Source of the DNA: Cyanophora paradoxa CCMP329
Taxonomy: Eukaryota > Plantae > Glaucophyta
Assembly: GCA_004431415.1 (NCBI GenBank)
Contig: QPMI01000247.1
Location: 49,444 to 113,443 of the forward strand
DNA: 64,000 nt
Direction: 5' to 3'
Below the pieces are notes generated by a model. It saw nothing but the letters and a program-made list of their open reading frames with translations. It did no database searches and was not told the origin of the DNA. How positions within the stretch are numbered: the first letter of the stretch is position 1; each line of letters opens with the position of its first letter. The position numbers and the translations under genes are program-made. Shown here one piece after another: positions 1 to 12,665 of the stretch.

Positions 1-71
1 GGCGGGCGGGCGCTCCAGCCCCGCGCGCCCCGGGGCCCCGCTGCGGCTCCGGGGCTGCGGCGCCGCCGCGC

Positions 72-1580
72 CTAGCCCTTGAGCGACTCGGCACCGGAGA
101 TAATCTCGATGAGCTCGGTGGTGATGGCCGACTGGCGGGAGCGGTTGTAGTCGAGCTGGAGGCGGTTGATCATGTCGCCGGCGTTGCGCGTGGCGTTGTC
201 CATGGCCGTCATGCGCGCGCCCTGCTCGCTCGACGCGTTCTCGAGCATCGCGAGTAGAGCGTGTTCGCCACGTTGAACTCGAAGAGGTTCTGCGCGGCCG
301 GGCGGCTCGGGGGCGGCGGCGCGCGGGGCGGGGGGGGGGGGGGGGGGGGGGTGGTGGGGGGGAGCGCTGTGGGGCCGGCGGGACGCACGCGGAGGATCTC
401 CTCAGACTCGCCCTCGAACTCGTACTCATCGAATGCGTTCTGCGCGCGGCTCAGCGACCACCGCGCGCGGGGGGAGAGGCGCGCAGGCGCCCGCGCCGGC
501 GCACCAGGTTCGCCATGATCGCCGACGACGAGTTGATCGACTTCTTCGTCAGGTCGAACGCGATGACCGACTTGAAGCTGCGCGGCATCGCACCGCGTCA
601 AGGGAGCGCGCGCGAGGGACACGGGGGCGAGCGCACGTGTTGTAGATGATGGTGAGCTTGTCGAAGTCGCGGGACAGGACGCGCTCGGCGATGATAGCCG
701 CCTGCACGCGCGGTGAGCCGGGAACAGAAACAGAAACAAAAGGAAAGGCCGGCGCGGACCTGCAGGTAGGTGGCCGGCTGCTTCCAGAGCTCGCTGGTGC
801 TGAGAACGATCTTCTCGCCGTACTCGCGCTGGAGCATCGGCCGGCCCTTGTCACCGAGGATCATGAGGGCGGTGTCCGCGCTCTTCGCCGCATCCGCCTT
901 CATCGTAACCTGCGCGGAACGAGGACGATCAGACCTAGCCCGGAGACGCAGCTGCCTCTCCAGGCTCGCCTTCGTGCCCTTCACGACGGCACCGTTGATG
1001 CCACCGCAGAGACCACGGTCCGAGGTGATAGCAATGACGAGGTGCTTGAAGCCCTTCGCGTCCTGGGCCGACTCGTCGGCTGTGGGGGCGCGCCGCTCGT
1101 AAGGACACAACCAGGACGTGCACTCTGAGTAGGAACAGCTCACTGGTGATCTTGCCCTCCAGGAACTGCGACACGGAGGCGCCGAATGGCCGGGACAGCT
1201 CCATGCGGGTCTGGGCGCCACGAAGACGGGATGCGGCAACCATCTTCATGGACTTGGTGATCTTCCGAATGTTCATGACCGACTTCATGCGGTTCTTGAC
1301 TGCGGCGCAAGGTCGCGTTAGCCCAGAATCGCAGGCGAGAGGCGGCGGTGCGCGATGACGAGATCCGAAGGCAGCAGCTCGAAAGCTAAGGCCTCGACCG
1401 GATCTGAGCACAAGGCTAACCTTCCTTGCCACCACCGGCGTAGCGGACGCCGTTGGCCATCTCGCCCGCCGCGCTGCGCACACAGGCGTCAGCGGAATGG
1501 CACAGACGGCGGCACGGGGCCTCGGCACCGAGCAGCGGCCGACACGGCGGTCTCATTGGTCGCCACGCGCGCCTGCGAGG
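72..1580 (-). CDS. ATP3: Mitochondrial F1Fo ATP synthase gamma subunit (multi-exon; start codon not securely placed)
   Basis: Spliced exons give [49 protein letters not shown] and C-terminal [52 protein letters not shown] (stop 72-74). No plastid/cyanobacterial-type insert seen. Apparent 1-bp deletion near 251. Confidence 0.95.
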
Positions 1581-1987
1581 GGCACAAGACATGCATCAGT
1601 GAGACCGCGACGATCTGGCGAGCCGCTAAGCGCCGCGCGGGCGAATCCGCCGGAGGACACGCGCAGAGTCGTTCTATAGTTGAAAGGCCGATGGCTGCTG
1701 CGTTTCCGGGGGGCTGGGCACTAGAGGAGTCGATAAGTCACAGCCAATCGCGCCCATCGCCGCGCCCGCCGGATGCAAAGGGCTGCTCCGCTACGCCCTA
1801 AGGACCGTCCGAGCGCACGACGCACCCGCAGAAGCGTGGCGTTCCTAAGGCCCGCCAGCATCATCGTGGGTACCCGAACTGTGGAGGGGGGGGAGGCATA
1901 TCGTCGGGGTACTCACGCACTTGGTGGACTAACGTTGTGACCGGGGTCACCACAGTAGCTCACAGAAGCTTACACAACGAGCGCGCG

Positions 1988-2901
1988 ATGATGGAAGCCA
2001 GCCCCGCTCTCCCGATTCGTTGCATGGATAGCCAGACGCGGATCGTCACCCTCGTGCGTCCGGGTCCGGGTTCCTCCGAGTCTGCTCTCTGCGCCTCTAA
2101 GGCTCTTCTCGCGTGAACAGAACGTTGGTGGCCGCCGGTTCCAAACAACTCTAGGTTCGCCTTGTTGGATCGGTTGCCGACCCGCCGACCGCAACGGTCC
2201 AGCGGCCGCCGGCACTTATTTCCGTGCTCCCGGGTTGTTCGTTCGCACACTGTCGCTGAATTCGGGCCTCCCCCCTCTTTGTTTCGCAGACACACTGTCG
2301 TCCCAGCCGGGCACCTTCTTCGAGTCGCTGATGCGGCACCAGTCCACCTCCGGGGAGATCTTCATCGACAGAGACGGTGATTATCGTGCCCGTACGCGTC
2401 CTTGCGAAGCGCTGAAGCGCTCCCGGCGCGCAGCCGACTGCTTCGTGTACATCATGCGGTACCTGCGGGACAAGCGGCCGCCAGTGATCCCGAACGACCT
2501 CCCGCTCGTCGACGTGAGCGCTTGTGCACGCTTGAAGCGCCGCCGCGCCGCCGCTGAGCCGCGCCGCGCAGCAACTGCTCCGCGAGGCCGAGTTCTACCA
2601 GATCACGGAGCTCATCGAGCACCTCGCGGCGCTGAACGAACAGCTGCTCAAGGAGCAGGAGCGGACGCAGCGCGAGGCCGAGCGGCAGCTGAAGCGGAAG
2701 CCGCTGCCCCCGCCCTCGGACCCGGCGGAGGGGACCGGCTCGCCCATCGCGAAGCGGACGCTCGTCCTGTGCTGCGAGCACGCGGGGCGCAACCTGGGCG
2801 CGATGCTCGACGCGGAGGAGGCGGCGTACCCCGACCCGGCCCCGGCCCCCCGGCGGCTCTTCGGGGGGGACCGCGTCTTCAGCACGGACGAGGACTTCTG
2901 A
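1988..2901 (+). CDS. BTB/POZ (KCTD / potassium-channel T1-like) domain protein
   Basis: Spliced: MMEASP...RIVTL|NVGGRRFQTTL|DTLSSQPGTFFESL...IFIDRD|ADCFVYIMRYLRD...|QLLREAEFYQITELI followed by a coiled coil; stop TGA 2899-2901. Confidence 0.88.
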
Positions 2902-3169
2902 TCGGGGGGTGCAGCAGCGAGTGGCCGCAGCCACAGCGCCCTTTCCCCATCTCCTCGCGGGTGCTTCTCAGCGCTCGCCCCCGTGCGGGCCCCCACTCTT
3001 CTGGGGCCTCGCATGGACTCTTTTTTCCGCTCTCGACGCCTCGGGAAGGTTGTTTTCTAGCTTGTTGATACGTAGGTTTCATTGGTTCTTTTGACAGAAA
3101 AAGCAGCGCCCCTTTTTGAAAAAGCGGATCGGGGGGCCAGCGGGCGGGGACGGGGGGTCGGGGTCGGAT

Positions 3170-6100
3170 CTAGAGCGCCGGCTCGCCGATCGGTGCGAAT
3201 TCGAAGGAGCGAACGGCGGCGGACATCTCCTGCGGTACGTAGGGTGCCCCGGGCGTGAGCGGGTGGGTGGGGGAACAAGGAAGGGGTACGATCACCTCGA
3301 AGAGGGGGCCCTTGTCCGGGTTCCCCCCGCGGGCGGCGAAGGCGGAGGCGGCGCGCTGGAGGCGGGCGTACAGCGCCTCCAGGTCCTCCACGCTGCGGGG
3401 GGGAGAGGTCAGGGGGGAAAAGGCGGCGGGGGTACATCGCGGGGGGGGGGGGGGCGGGGCAGGGCGGACCAGCGGCCGCGGGTGTGGGAGACGGCGAGGT
3501 CGAGGAGGGAGGCGATCTCGGCGCTGTAGTCGCGCTCGGGGGCCGGCGGGGACGGCGCCCGCGCAGAGGGCGCCTCCTCCGGCTGCGAGGCCGGCGCCTC
3601 GGGGGCCGCCGCTGCCACCGCCGCCGCGCCCGCGGGGGCCTCCTGAGCCGGCGCCGGCGCCGGCGCCGGCGGCGGGGACGGGGAGGGGCGGCGGGGCGGC
3701 TCGGAGGAGGCGCCCTCGGCGCCCGACTCGGAGGCGTCGGCGGGGGCGGCGCCCGAGGCGGAGCCGCCGCGGGCGCGCTTGCGGGCGGGGGCGCCGCTCG
3801 CCGAGCTGTTGCCGCTGCTGCGGCGGGCCGCCGGCGCGGACCCCGACGCGGCCTCTGCCGAGGTCGGCGAGGTCGCGGCGGGGCCCTCCGCGCTGCCGCC
3901 AGCCGCTGCGGGGGTTTCCTCCGCCCCGGCAGCCGCCGCCGGCGCCTCCTCGGCGGCGCCCGGCTCGGCCTCGGCCTCCTTCGCGGCGGTGGCCTCGTTG
4001 GCCCCGCCCTCCTCCTCCTCCTCCTCGCTGTCCCGGTTGCGCTTCCAGCGCCGCGCGCGCGGGGCGGCCGCCGCGGGGGCCGGCTCGGCGGAGGACGAGG
4101 AGGAGGCGCGGCCCTCGGAGCCGGCAGGGATTCCCTCGATCCACGCCGGGAGCGATCCGATCTGCCGGGGCCCCTCAGAAAAGAAGAAGGGACGAACGAG
4201 AGGCGGGCGGGGCGCGCCTCGGTACCGCGGCGGGCGGCGATGCGCTCGGTGGCGCGGACGAGGTCGCGGTCCAGGTCCCGCAGGCCCTGCAGCGCCGTCT
4301 CGTACAGCTCGTACGCCTGCCAGGTGAGCTCGTCAGGACGTGCGTGCGTGCGTGCGGGCGGGGAGGGGGCGGGCGGACGCGGGCGGTGATCTTGCGGCCA
4401 AGCTCCTGGCTCTCGGGGTTGTAGAGGCGGGCGGCGGCGAAGATGAGGCCCATATCCGCCATCAGCGGCTTCAGGCAGTTGTACCGGTGCTTGTTCTGCG
4501 GCCGTGCCGTTCGGACGGGGCTGGGGAGGCGGGGAGCGGGCGGGCGGGGAGGCATGGGGGCGGGGCGCACGATGCGGTCGATGATGGTGGAGAGGTCCAT
4601 CGGCTCCTTGACGACCTCGTAGTAGTCCGGCGCCTCCTCCGCGTCCTGCCGCCCCGCCCTCTCAGGCGCGGGGTGGGGGAGGGAGGGAGGGAGGGTGGCG
4701 CACCACGGGCTGCGCGAACATCTTGAACTTGGAGTTGTACGCCAGCCGCGAGACGAAGTCCCGCAGCACCTGAGCGGCCTCTGAGCGCGGCGGGGCGGGC
4801 GGGCAGGCGGATCGCCCCCGGGCCGGCTAGTCAGTCACCTGGCGGAAGTCGCGGAGGATCTCCTCCTCCTCGGCCTCGATCTCCTTCAGGTCCGCCGCGC
4901 TCAGCTCCGGCGCCGGCGGCGGCGGCGCGCGGGGCAGCGCCTCCGACATGCGCTGCCGCCGGCGCGCCGCGGGGTCTGTCCCCCGCCGCGTCGCCACGAC
5001 GCCCGCAAGCAGCCCGGCAAAGAGCGCCCGGCGCTCCGCGTCCCCGGGGGGCGCGCAGGCCAGGCGCTGCGAGGGGGGGAAGAGCGCCGCAGCCTCCTCG
5101 GGCAGCTCGTCCGCCGGGACCTGTGCCCCCGTCCGCCCCGCCTCGTCCGCTGCGCCAAGACCGGAGCGGGGGAGCGCGGGGGCGTAGGGGCACCTCGCAG
5201 GTGGCGACGACCATGAGGGGCGCGGCGGGCGGGATCTGCGGCGCCCGTCAGGGCGGGGGCGGGGGCGGAGCGTGGGGGAGGGTACGAGCGCACGTCGCGG
5301 AGGAGGGTCCAGAGGGTGGCGCGGAGGGCGGGCTCGGCGGTGCGCCACCAGAGGTTGAGGTGGGAGAGGAGGAGGACGGCGGGCGCCGCGCGGCGGGCCT
5401 CGCCGACGGCCCGCACGAGGGCCTCCTCGACGTTCTTGGCGTTGAGGTCGGAGTAGAGGGAGGGGAGGTCGATGGCGTGCACGGGGAACTGCTCCAGGGC
5501 GTGCAGCGCCGCCGCCGCCACGTGCGCCTGGCCCGAGCCCGGCGGGCCGTGGATCAGCAGCCGCGGCCGGAAGCCGACGGCGCCGGCGCCGCCGCCGCCG
5601 AGGAGGGCCAGGGCGCGGGGCGCGTCCGGGGCGCCCGCGGAGAAGTCCTCGTCCTCGTCCGCGAACGCGTAGATGTCGTCGTCCGGGTCCGCGTCCCCGG
5701 CGGCCCGGCGGCGGCGGAGGCGGCGGAGGCGGCGGCCTCGGGGGAGGAGGCGGCGGCGGCGGCGCGGCGGCGGAGGGCGGCGTAGGGGGGGAAGACCTCC
5801 TCGCAGGCCGCGAGGAAGGCGTCGAGGGCGGGCCCCAGGACGGGGGCGAGGTGCCCGGGCAGCGCCCGCGCGTTGGTGCGCGCCGAGCGGTGCGAGGAGG
5901 GCGTGATGGCCCGGAACGCGGCCTCGAAGTCCGCACGGATGAGCCGGATCTAGACGGCGCCGCGTCAGGGCCGGGCCGGGCAAGGCCGGGCGGGGCCGGA
6001 GGGGGGCGGGCGCGTTGGGCGCACCTGGTCCAGGTCCAGGGCGCACTTCTCCGCGAGGGAGTAGATCTGGGGGTACCGCCTCCGCACGGCCCGGAGCGCC

Positions 6101-9100
6101 GCCTCCGTGCAGAGTGCCTTCAGGTCCGCCCCGCAGTACCTGCCGGCAGATCAGGTCAGATCAGATCTGATCTGATCCGAGCGGATCGTCTGGGGGGTAC
6201 GGCCGCACCCGACGCAGCGGTCGGCGATGGCGTCGATGAGGGGGCCCGGGAGGGCGGGCTCCCAGCTCCGCGTGTGAATGCGCAGGATCGCCCGGCGCGA
6301 CACCTGCGGGGGCGGGGCGGGGCGGGGGCGGTTCAGAGGGGCCCCTTCCGAGCAGTGCTAGGGTTCTAGGGCCGGATTCCCTTGGCGGCGCGGGCTCGGT
6401 TACCCTCTCTATCGGCACGGCGGCGAACACGCGGCGCGCCTCGCGGGCGCCAGCGGCGCGCGCTAAGCTCAACTGTAGCGAGACATATCTTCATGGCCCG
6501 GCGCCCCATACCCCTTCTCCCCTCCCTACGCGGTACCCCGGGCGGACCTGGGAGGGGAGGGGGAAGAGGAGCTCGCGGTCGAAGCGGCCGGGGCGGCGCA
6601 GTGCGGGGTCCAGGCTGTCGATCCGGTTCGTCGCCCCGATCACGATGACCTGCGGGGCGGGCCGGCGCGTCAGAGCCCGGAAGCAGGAGGAGGAGAAGGA
6701 AGAGGCAGGGAGAGGGGGAGGGGACCTGGCCGCGGGAGTCAAGGCCGTCCATGAGGGCCAGCAGCGTCGACACGATCGAGGAGTGGATCTGCGGGCGCTC
6801 AGAGGCGGGAGGGCGGCGAGGGGAGGGCGGGGCCGGGAGAAGGGGGACCTGGTCCTGCCGAGAGGAGCGGACGGGGGCGAGCCCGTCGATCTCGTCGAAG
6901 AAGATGATTGCCGGCTGCGCGAGGGCGGGCGAGGCTCAGGGCCCGAGGAGGGAGCTGGCGGCCGCGAGGGAGGGCGGGCCTGGGACTTGTAGGCGACGTC
7001 GAAGAGGAGCCGCAGCTGCCGCTCCGCCTCGCCCACCCACCTGCCCGGGCACACCGCGTTAGCCAGGAGGGAGGCGGCGGGGCGGGGCGGGGCGGGGCGG
7101 GGCGGGACGCGCTTGGTGAGGCAGTCGGCGCCCTTGCGCATGAAGAAGGAGACCTTCTTGCCGCCGGCCGAGCACGTGTTCGCCAGCGCCCTGCGGGGCG
7201 AGAGGGGCGAGCGTGAGCGCGCCGCGCCCTCGGGCCGGAGCGCGCGGGGCCCGCGGGGAAGCAGGGCGGGAAGGAAGCACCGGGCGACGAGGGTCTTGCC
7301 GGTGCCTGGCGGCCCGTAGAAGAGCACGCCCCGCGGCGGCGCGATCTTGAACTTGTCGAAGACCTGGGCGGAGGGGGCGCGAGGGTCGGAAGGAGGAGGC
7401 GGGGAGGGGAGTAGAGAAGGGGAAAGCACCTCGGGGTACAGAAGCGGGAGGATGACCATCTCCTTAAGCGCTGCGGTGCGGGGCCGAGGGGTGAGGAGGG
7501 GGGTACAGGAGCGCGGGCGGGAGGGGGGTACGGACCGCGGACGTGCTCGTCGAGGCCGCCGACGTCGCCCCAGCCGATGCTCTGGTCGATCGTCATCGGA
7601 TCGATGTCCGCCGGGCCGCTCTGGGGCGGGCAGGGCCGGGGGCGTCAGAAAGGGGCGGATGGAGGGGCTGGGGAGGGGAGGGCGCCGGACCTTGGGGCCC
7701 ATGGAGGGGCCGGCCGGGCGGCGCTCCATTAGGTCCGGCAGGCCCGGGATGCTGCGCCGCAGGTAGGCCGCGTACGGCGAGTCCCCCGTGGGCGCGTCCG
7801 GCGCCAGGTTGCTCGCGTGCGCAATGCGCTCCCGGTTCTTCGCCAGCGAGCGCGCCTGGCGGGGGCAGACGCGTCAGAGCGGCCCGGGCCGGATCGGATC
7901 GGAGGGGGGGTACGGGGTTCTCGCCTGCTTGCGGGAGAACTCGTCGTCGTCGGAGATGTTGGCGTACGCCTCTGCGAGGCTCATGAGCGAGCCGCCGGCG
8001 CGCTTCCGCCGCACCTGGCGCGCCAAGTCAGGCGGCGCGGGGCGGAGAGAAGGCGCAGGCAGGGAGGAAGGGCGCACGGCGTTGGGGGACACGCAGAAGA
8101 AGTCCCGCGGGACGGCGCCGTGCCCGCCGCTCGAGCGGCCCTCCTAGAGACGAAGAGAGCGTGAGCGGCTGGCTACAGGGAAGGCGCCGTGCCCGCCGCT
8201 CGAGCGGCCCTCCTAGAGACGCGGGCGGGAGGGAAGGGGCCGCACGTCGTCGCGGTGGCGGGAGCCGGCGGCGCGGACGGCCCGGCGCAGGTCCCGCTCG
8301 TAGCGGCGGCCTGCGAGCCCCAGCGTGTTGCGCGACGGGCTGAAGCGGTGCGCCTCCTGCCGCTTCCGCAGGCTGCGTGCGCGCGCGCGCGCGGGCGGGC
8401 GCGGTGAGCGGCGGAACGGAACAGAGCGCGCTGCGCGCCGTGCGGGCCGGGGCGAGGCAGGCAGGCAGGCACCTGTAGCGCCGCCCGCCGTCGTCCGAGC
8501 CGCTGCTGGAGGATTCGCCGCCGTCGCCGTCGCTCATGCGGCGGTCCCGCTCGCGCCGCGACGGCACGGCGCCGCCGCGGGAGGACGACGCGGCGGCCGC
8601 CGAGCGGCGCTGCCGGAGGCCGCCGCCCACCTCCCGCGCGGCCGCGAGGAACAGCGACTCGTCGTTGCCGTTCAGCACGGGGTCCCGCTTGCGGCGGTTG
8701 GCCTTGCGCCCCGCGGGGTCCTCGCGCCCGCTCGCGCCCTCCTCCTCCTCCTCCTCCTCGCCCTCCTCCCCATCCTCCTCGCCCTCCTCCTCCTGCTCTT
8801 CGCCGCCCTCGGCGTCTCCGTCGCCGTCGGCGCCGGCAGACTCGCCGGGCGCGCCCTCCTCGCCGGCCGCGCCCTCCTCGCCGGCCGCCGGCCCGTCCTC
8901 GTCCCCCTCGCGCGCCGCGCCCTTCCGGCCGCGCTTCCGCCGCCGGCCGACACCGTCCTCGCCCTCCTCGTCCCCAGCCTCGTCGCCCGCCTCCTCGCCC
9001 TCTGCGGGCCGGGCCGGTGAGGAAGGCCGGCGGGCGGGCGCGCGGCATCGATCGCGCGCACCGGCGCGATCGGCCTCGCTCCCCTCCTCGCCGCCGTCGC

Positions 9101-9560
9101 TCTCGTCGCGGCCGTCACGCTCCTCCTCGTCCTGGGAAGCGTCGCGCCGGCCGCGGAGTCGGCGGCCGTGCCCGGGCGGCGCCGAGGAGGCGCCTTCGCC
9201 GGATCGCGGGTTGGATCCGCGCAGCGTGCGGCCGCGCGAAGCGGACGGGACAGCGGCCGTCGACGGCTCGTCCCCCGAGTCGGCCCCGCGGCGCTGTGAC
9301 CGCCGCGTCGAGTAGGGGCGCGCTGGGATGTCGTCCTCGGAGTCCTCCTTGAATCTCAAGGGCTCTCTCCGGTGGCGGGACGGGTAACGCAACGAGCGCG
9401 CTCGCTCGGGCTGCGACGCGAACGTGAGCATCGCAACCCAAAGGACGGTGCACGGCAGACCTCTTCACGGAAGCGGCCTCCATCGGAACGCTGCTTGCGC
9501 GGGCTGGGCGAGTGCCGCCGATCGCTCAAACGCTGCCGAAAGACCGCCTGGTCCACTTTT
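3170..9560 (-). CDS. ATAD2: ATAD2/Yta7-like AAA+ ATPase with bromodomain (5' end approximate, may extend to about 9700)
   Basis: [27 protein letters not shown] (Walker A), [32 protein letters not shown] (Walker B), degenerate second AAA ([13 protein letters not shown]), bromodomain ([24 protein letters not shown]), acidic N-terminus. Confidence 0.93.
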
Positions 9561-9881
9561 GAAGGGTGGCGCGCCGCCGGAACACCAACGGGAGGGGCCA
9601 GAGCATTAGCAAATCATTATTACAACATGGAGATGCAATTCGAACGCCGGCGGGGGGTCCGCGTGCGCGGGACGGGCGGGCGCACGCTTTGAAAATGCTT
9701 CATCTTCCCGGTAGGAAATCGTCTGCTGCCTGTTTCGGAAGGAGTATCCGGTGTGGTCGGGATCGCTCTGCTTCATCGGTTCCGGCCGGCGCTCTGCTTC
9801 CCGCGCTCAGCGCCGATGTCACCCTGTACCCGTAGGCCCAAGTTCGACTTAGTTCGTCTTAGTTCGACTGTCCAAACCCCG

Positions 9882-11578
9882 ATGCGCCCGTCCACGGCCG
9901 CCGCTCGTCGAGCGGCACCAGCTGCAGCTGCCACGGAAGCGAAGCCGCCGCCGCCCTCGCTGCCCGACCTGCCTCAACCGCTGCTCGCCCAAATCCTGCT
10001 GCTCCTCGATCCGGTCGAGCGCGGCCGCGCGGTGCAGTCCTCTGTCCCCAGGCCGCGTAATCGCCCTGAGCTCCGCGCAGGCCCGAATCTGCAGGGCGCT
10101 CCGCGCGGCGGTGGACGATCCGGCGCTCTGGCCGGACATGCAGCTGCGGCTCGGCGTCGGCACCGGCCGTCCGACTTCCTCCGCGTCGGCATCCGCTCGG
10201 CGAGTCCCCTCCTGGTTCGCCGCCGCCGCGCCCCAGGCAGCGCCCTCGACGCCGGCCGGGAGTCCCGCGCGAGGCGGCCAGCCGCCGATCCCGTTCGACG
10301 AGGCGATCGGGGTGCTGGCGAGGGCACGGCACGCCTCCACGGGGCGGCTCCTGCTGCGGCTCGAGGCCGGCTTCCTCGACGAGGCCCCCGCCGCCCTCCG
10401 CTTCGACTTCCTGCGCGCCGTACCCCTCCGCTCCCTCCGCATCGAGGTCCTCCCCGGCGGCCCCGGAACCGCAACCCTCCCGCGTGGATTGGAACCCGCG
10501 GACCTCGAGGCCATCGCCGCCGCCACGGGCGGCGAGCCCGCCGAGGAAGGCCCCTCGGGCCCCTCCCCCCCGGGGGCCTCCCGCCTCGCGCGCCTCTCGT
10601 ACCCCCCGCAGCGCCTCTACGAGCGCGGCCTGGCGGAGACCCTCGGACGCTGCTTCCCCGCTCTGGTCTCCCTCGACCTCCAGACCCCTACCCCCCCTGA
10701 GCTCGTCCCCGGCCTCCTCCACTCGCTCCCCGCCCTCAGACGCCTGCGCTCGGTGCGACTCGGCTTCCCGACCCCGCCGGGCGCCGAGACGAGCGACGAG
10801 GAGTGCTTCCTCTCCCTCCTCTCCGGCCAGGCCGCCGCCGCCGCCCTCGCCGAGAGGGGTACCGCGCTGCGCGAGCTCCGCCTCTGCTTCGCCCCCCCTG
10901 GCCGCCGCTGCCCCCTGCACGGCCTCCCCTGGGAGGACGTCCTGACCGCCTGTGCCCCCCGCGCCCTCCACCTCCGGTTCCACCCCCAGGAGATGTACCC
11001 TGGGGCCCTCTCCCGCCTCCGCCTCGCCGCCTCGCCCCCCCCGCCGGCCCCGGCCCCGCGGCCCTCGCGCCCCGGCGCCGCCCCCGGCGCCTCCGCCCCG
11101 ACCCGGCGAAAGAGGCGGCGGCTCGGCTCCGGGCCGCGGTCCGCGAGATCACCCTCGAGCTCGTTGGGTGCCCCCCGGCCCCGCCGCCCCGCGGCCTCCC
11201 CGAGCTCCAGCGTACGCCCCCGCTACCCGTACCCCCTCCGCCGCTCACCCCCTCCCCCGCAGAGCTGCTGGAGGACCTGCCGGCGCTGTACCCCGCCTGC
11301 GGAGCCTGGCGGTGCGGGGGCCGCGCCTCCGGAACCGGGCGGCGCTCTCCTCCGCCCTCTCGTCCCTCCCCCTGGCCGTCCTGGAGCTGGACCCCCTCCC
11401 CGGCACCTCCCTCCGCCCCCGGAGCGCCGGCGCAGCCCCGCGCGCCCCGCGCCCGCCCGGCGCCGGCCCCGCCCCTTCGCGGTCCGGGGCGCCCTGGGAG
11501 CGCCTGCCCGACCGGGCCCCCGCCGCGTCCCCCGATCGCGAGTGGGCCGACAGCGCGAGCGACGGCGACGGCGACTGA
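9882..11578 (+). CDS. F-box protein with degenerate LRR-like C-terminus
   Basis: SLPDLPQPLLAQILLLLDPVERGRA|ICRALRAAVDDPALW F-box; LxxLxL repeats (FPALVSLDL, LPALRRLRSVRL, TALRELRL). Confidence 0.75.
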
Positions 11579-11660
11579 GTGGCATGAGGGGCGACGTGCT
11601 CAGACGAAAGGAGATTTAGATAAAGAAGATGCGTTAACATTGTGTTAGAGGAAGAAGAAC

Positions 11661-12665
11661 TCGGGCTATGATCGCGGCTACCGCCCGGAGGCGTCGACGA
11701 CGTAGAAGATGGGGCTCGCGGCGGCGGCCTGCGCGACCTCCGCCGCCGTCGCCACGCGGTTGAAGTCGTTGTCCCACAGCTGCGCCCTCGTCAGCGCCGG
11801 GGCGGGCGGGGCGGGGCGGGCGGGGCGGGGCGGGGCGGGCGGGGCGGGGCGGGGCGGGGCGGGCGGGGCGGGCCTCGACGAGGTGGGCGCCGAAGTGGCG
11901 GGAGGCCTCTCGCAGGAGCGCCTCCACGTCGCCCCCGAAGCGGATGCCCGCGCCCGCCCCTCCCCGACTGCGGCAGCCGCCGCACGTTCAGCCGCAGCGC
12001 CCCAGCCCCCGCCTCCGGCCCCGCCGCCCCCGCCGCCCCGCCGCCCCCGCCGCCCCCGCCGGGCCGGCCGGCCCTGCCGGCCCTGCCGGCCCCGCCGGCC
12101 GCCCAGCCGCGGCCGCGGGCTGCCACGAGGGCAGATGGGAACCCGTGGCCCGGGAAGCGCCGGCTTGCGAGAGCCACGAGCGAGTTTGCTGCGCAAAGGT
12201 GGCGCCCGACCCGGCCGAGGCCGCTGCCGCCACCGCAGGCTGCCACGCGGTTTGCTGGCCATGGAAGCTCGTTGCCTGGGAAGGCATAGGGGCGGCCTGC
12301 GGGGGCCACGACGGGGTCGACATCTGCTGCACGAATCCATAGCCAGCGCCGCCGACGCTGTACGGGGCGGAGGGCGCCGCCCGCTGGGCGTGGGCCACGG
12401 CTTGCATGGGGTAGTTCGCATATGCATAGCCGAGGTTCGAAGCCCCGTACGGAGCTGCGCCGACGCCGGCGCCGCAGCTCGAAGCCTCCGCCCCGTAGAA
12501 GAAAGACGGGGCGCCGGCGCTTTGCGCTGAGTACGTCGGGGCAGCTCCCCCGGCGCCAAAGGGAGCGGAGTAGCTGCTGATTCCCGTGAAGGGCTGAACG
12601 AAGTCGAAGGGCTGCAAGGCGGGCGCCGAGCCGAGCGAGGCTGCGCCGTAGCCGTAGGACCCCGG
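11661..12665. repeat. Left arm of an approximately 1 kb inverted duplication (partner 19876-20924)
   Basis: The reverse complement aligns from tcgggctatgatcgcggctacc to ggggtcctacggctacggcgcagcc. Confidence 0.93.

Noticed and set aside
3116-9431. Many long Arg/Gly/Pro-rich ORFs on both strands (here and throughout the window)
   Set aside because: Shadow frames expected at very high GC content; they overlap well-supported spliced genes and have no domain motifs.
9841-9870. Three 10-bp repeats (agttcgactt), and other short arrays, as CRISPR-like elements
   Set aside because: No spacers, too short, eukaryotic context; a simple tandem repeat in a 5' region.
11797-11872. (GGGGC)n tracts as a dedicated repeat element
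   Set aside because: A recurrent low-complexity intron filler across many genes; G-quadruplex potential exists but there is no evidence of function.
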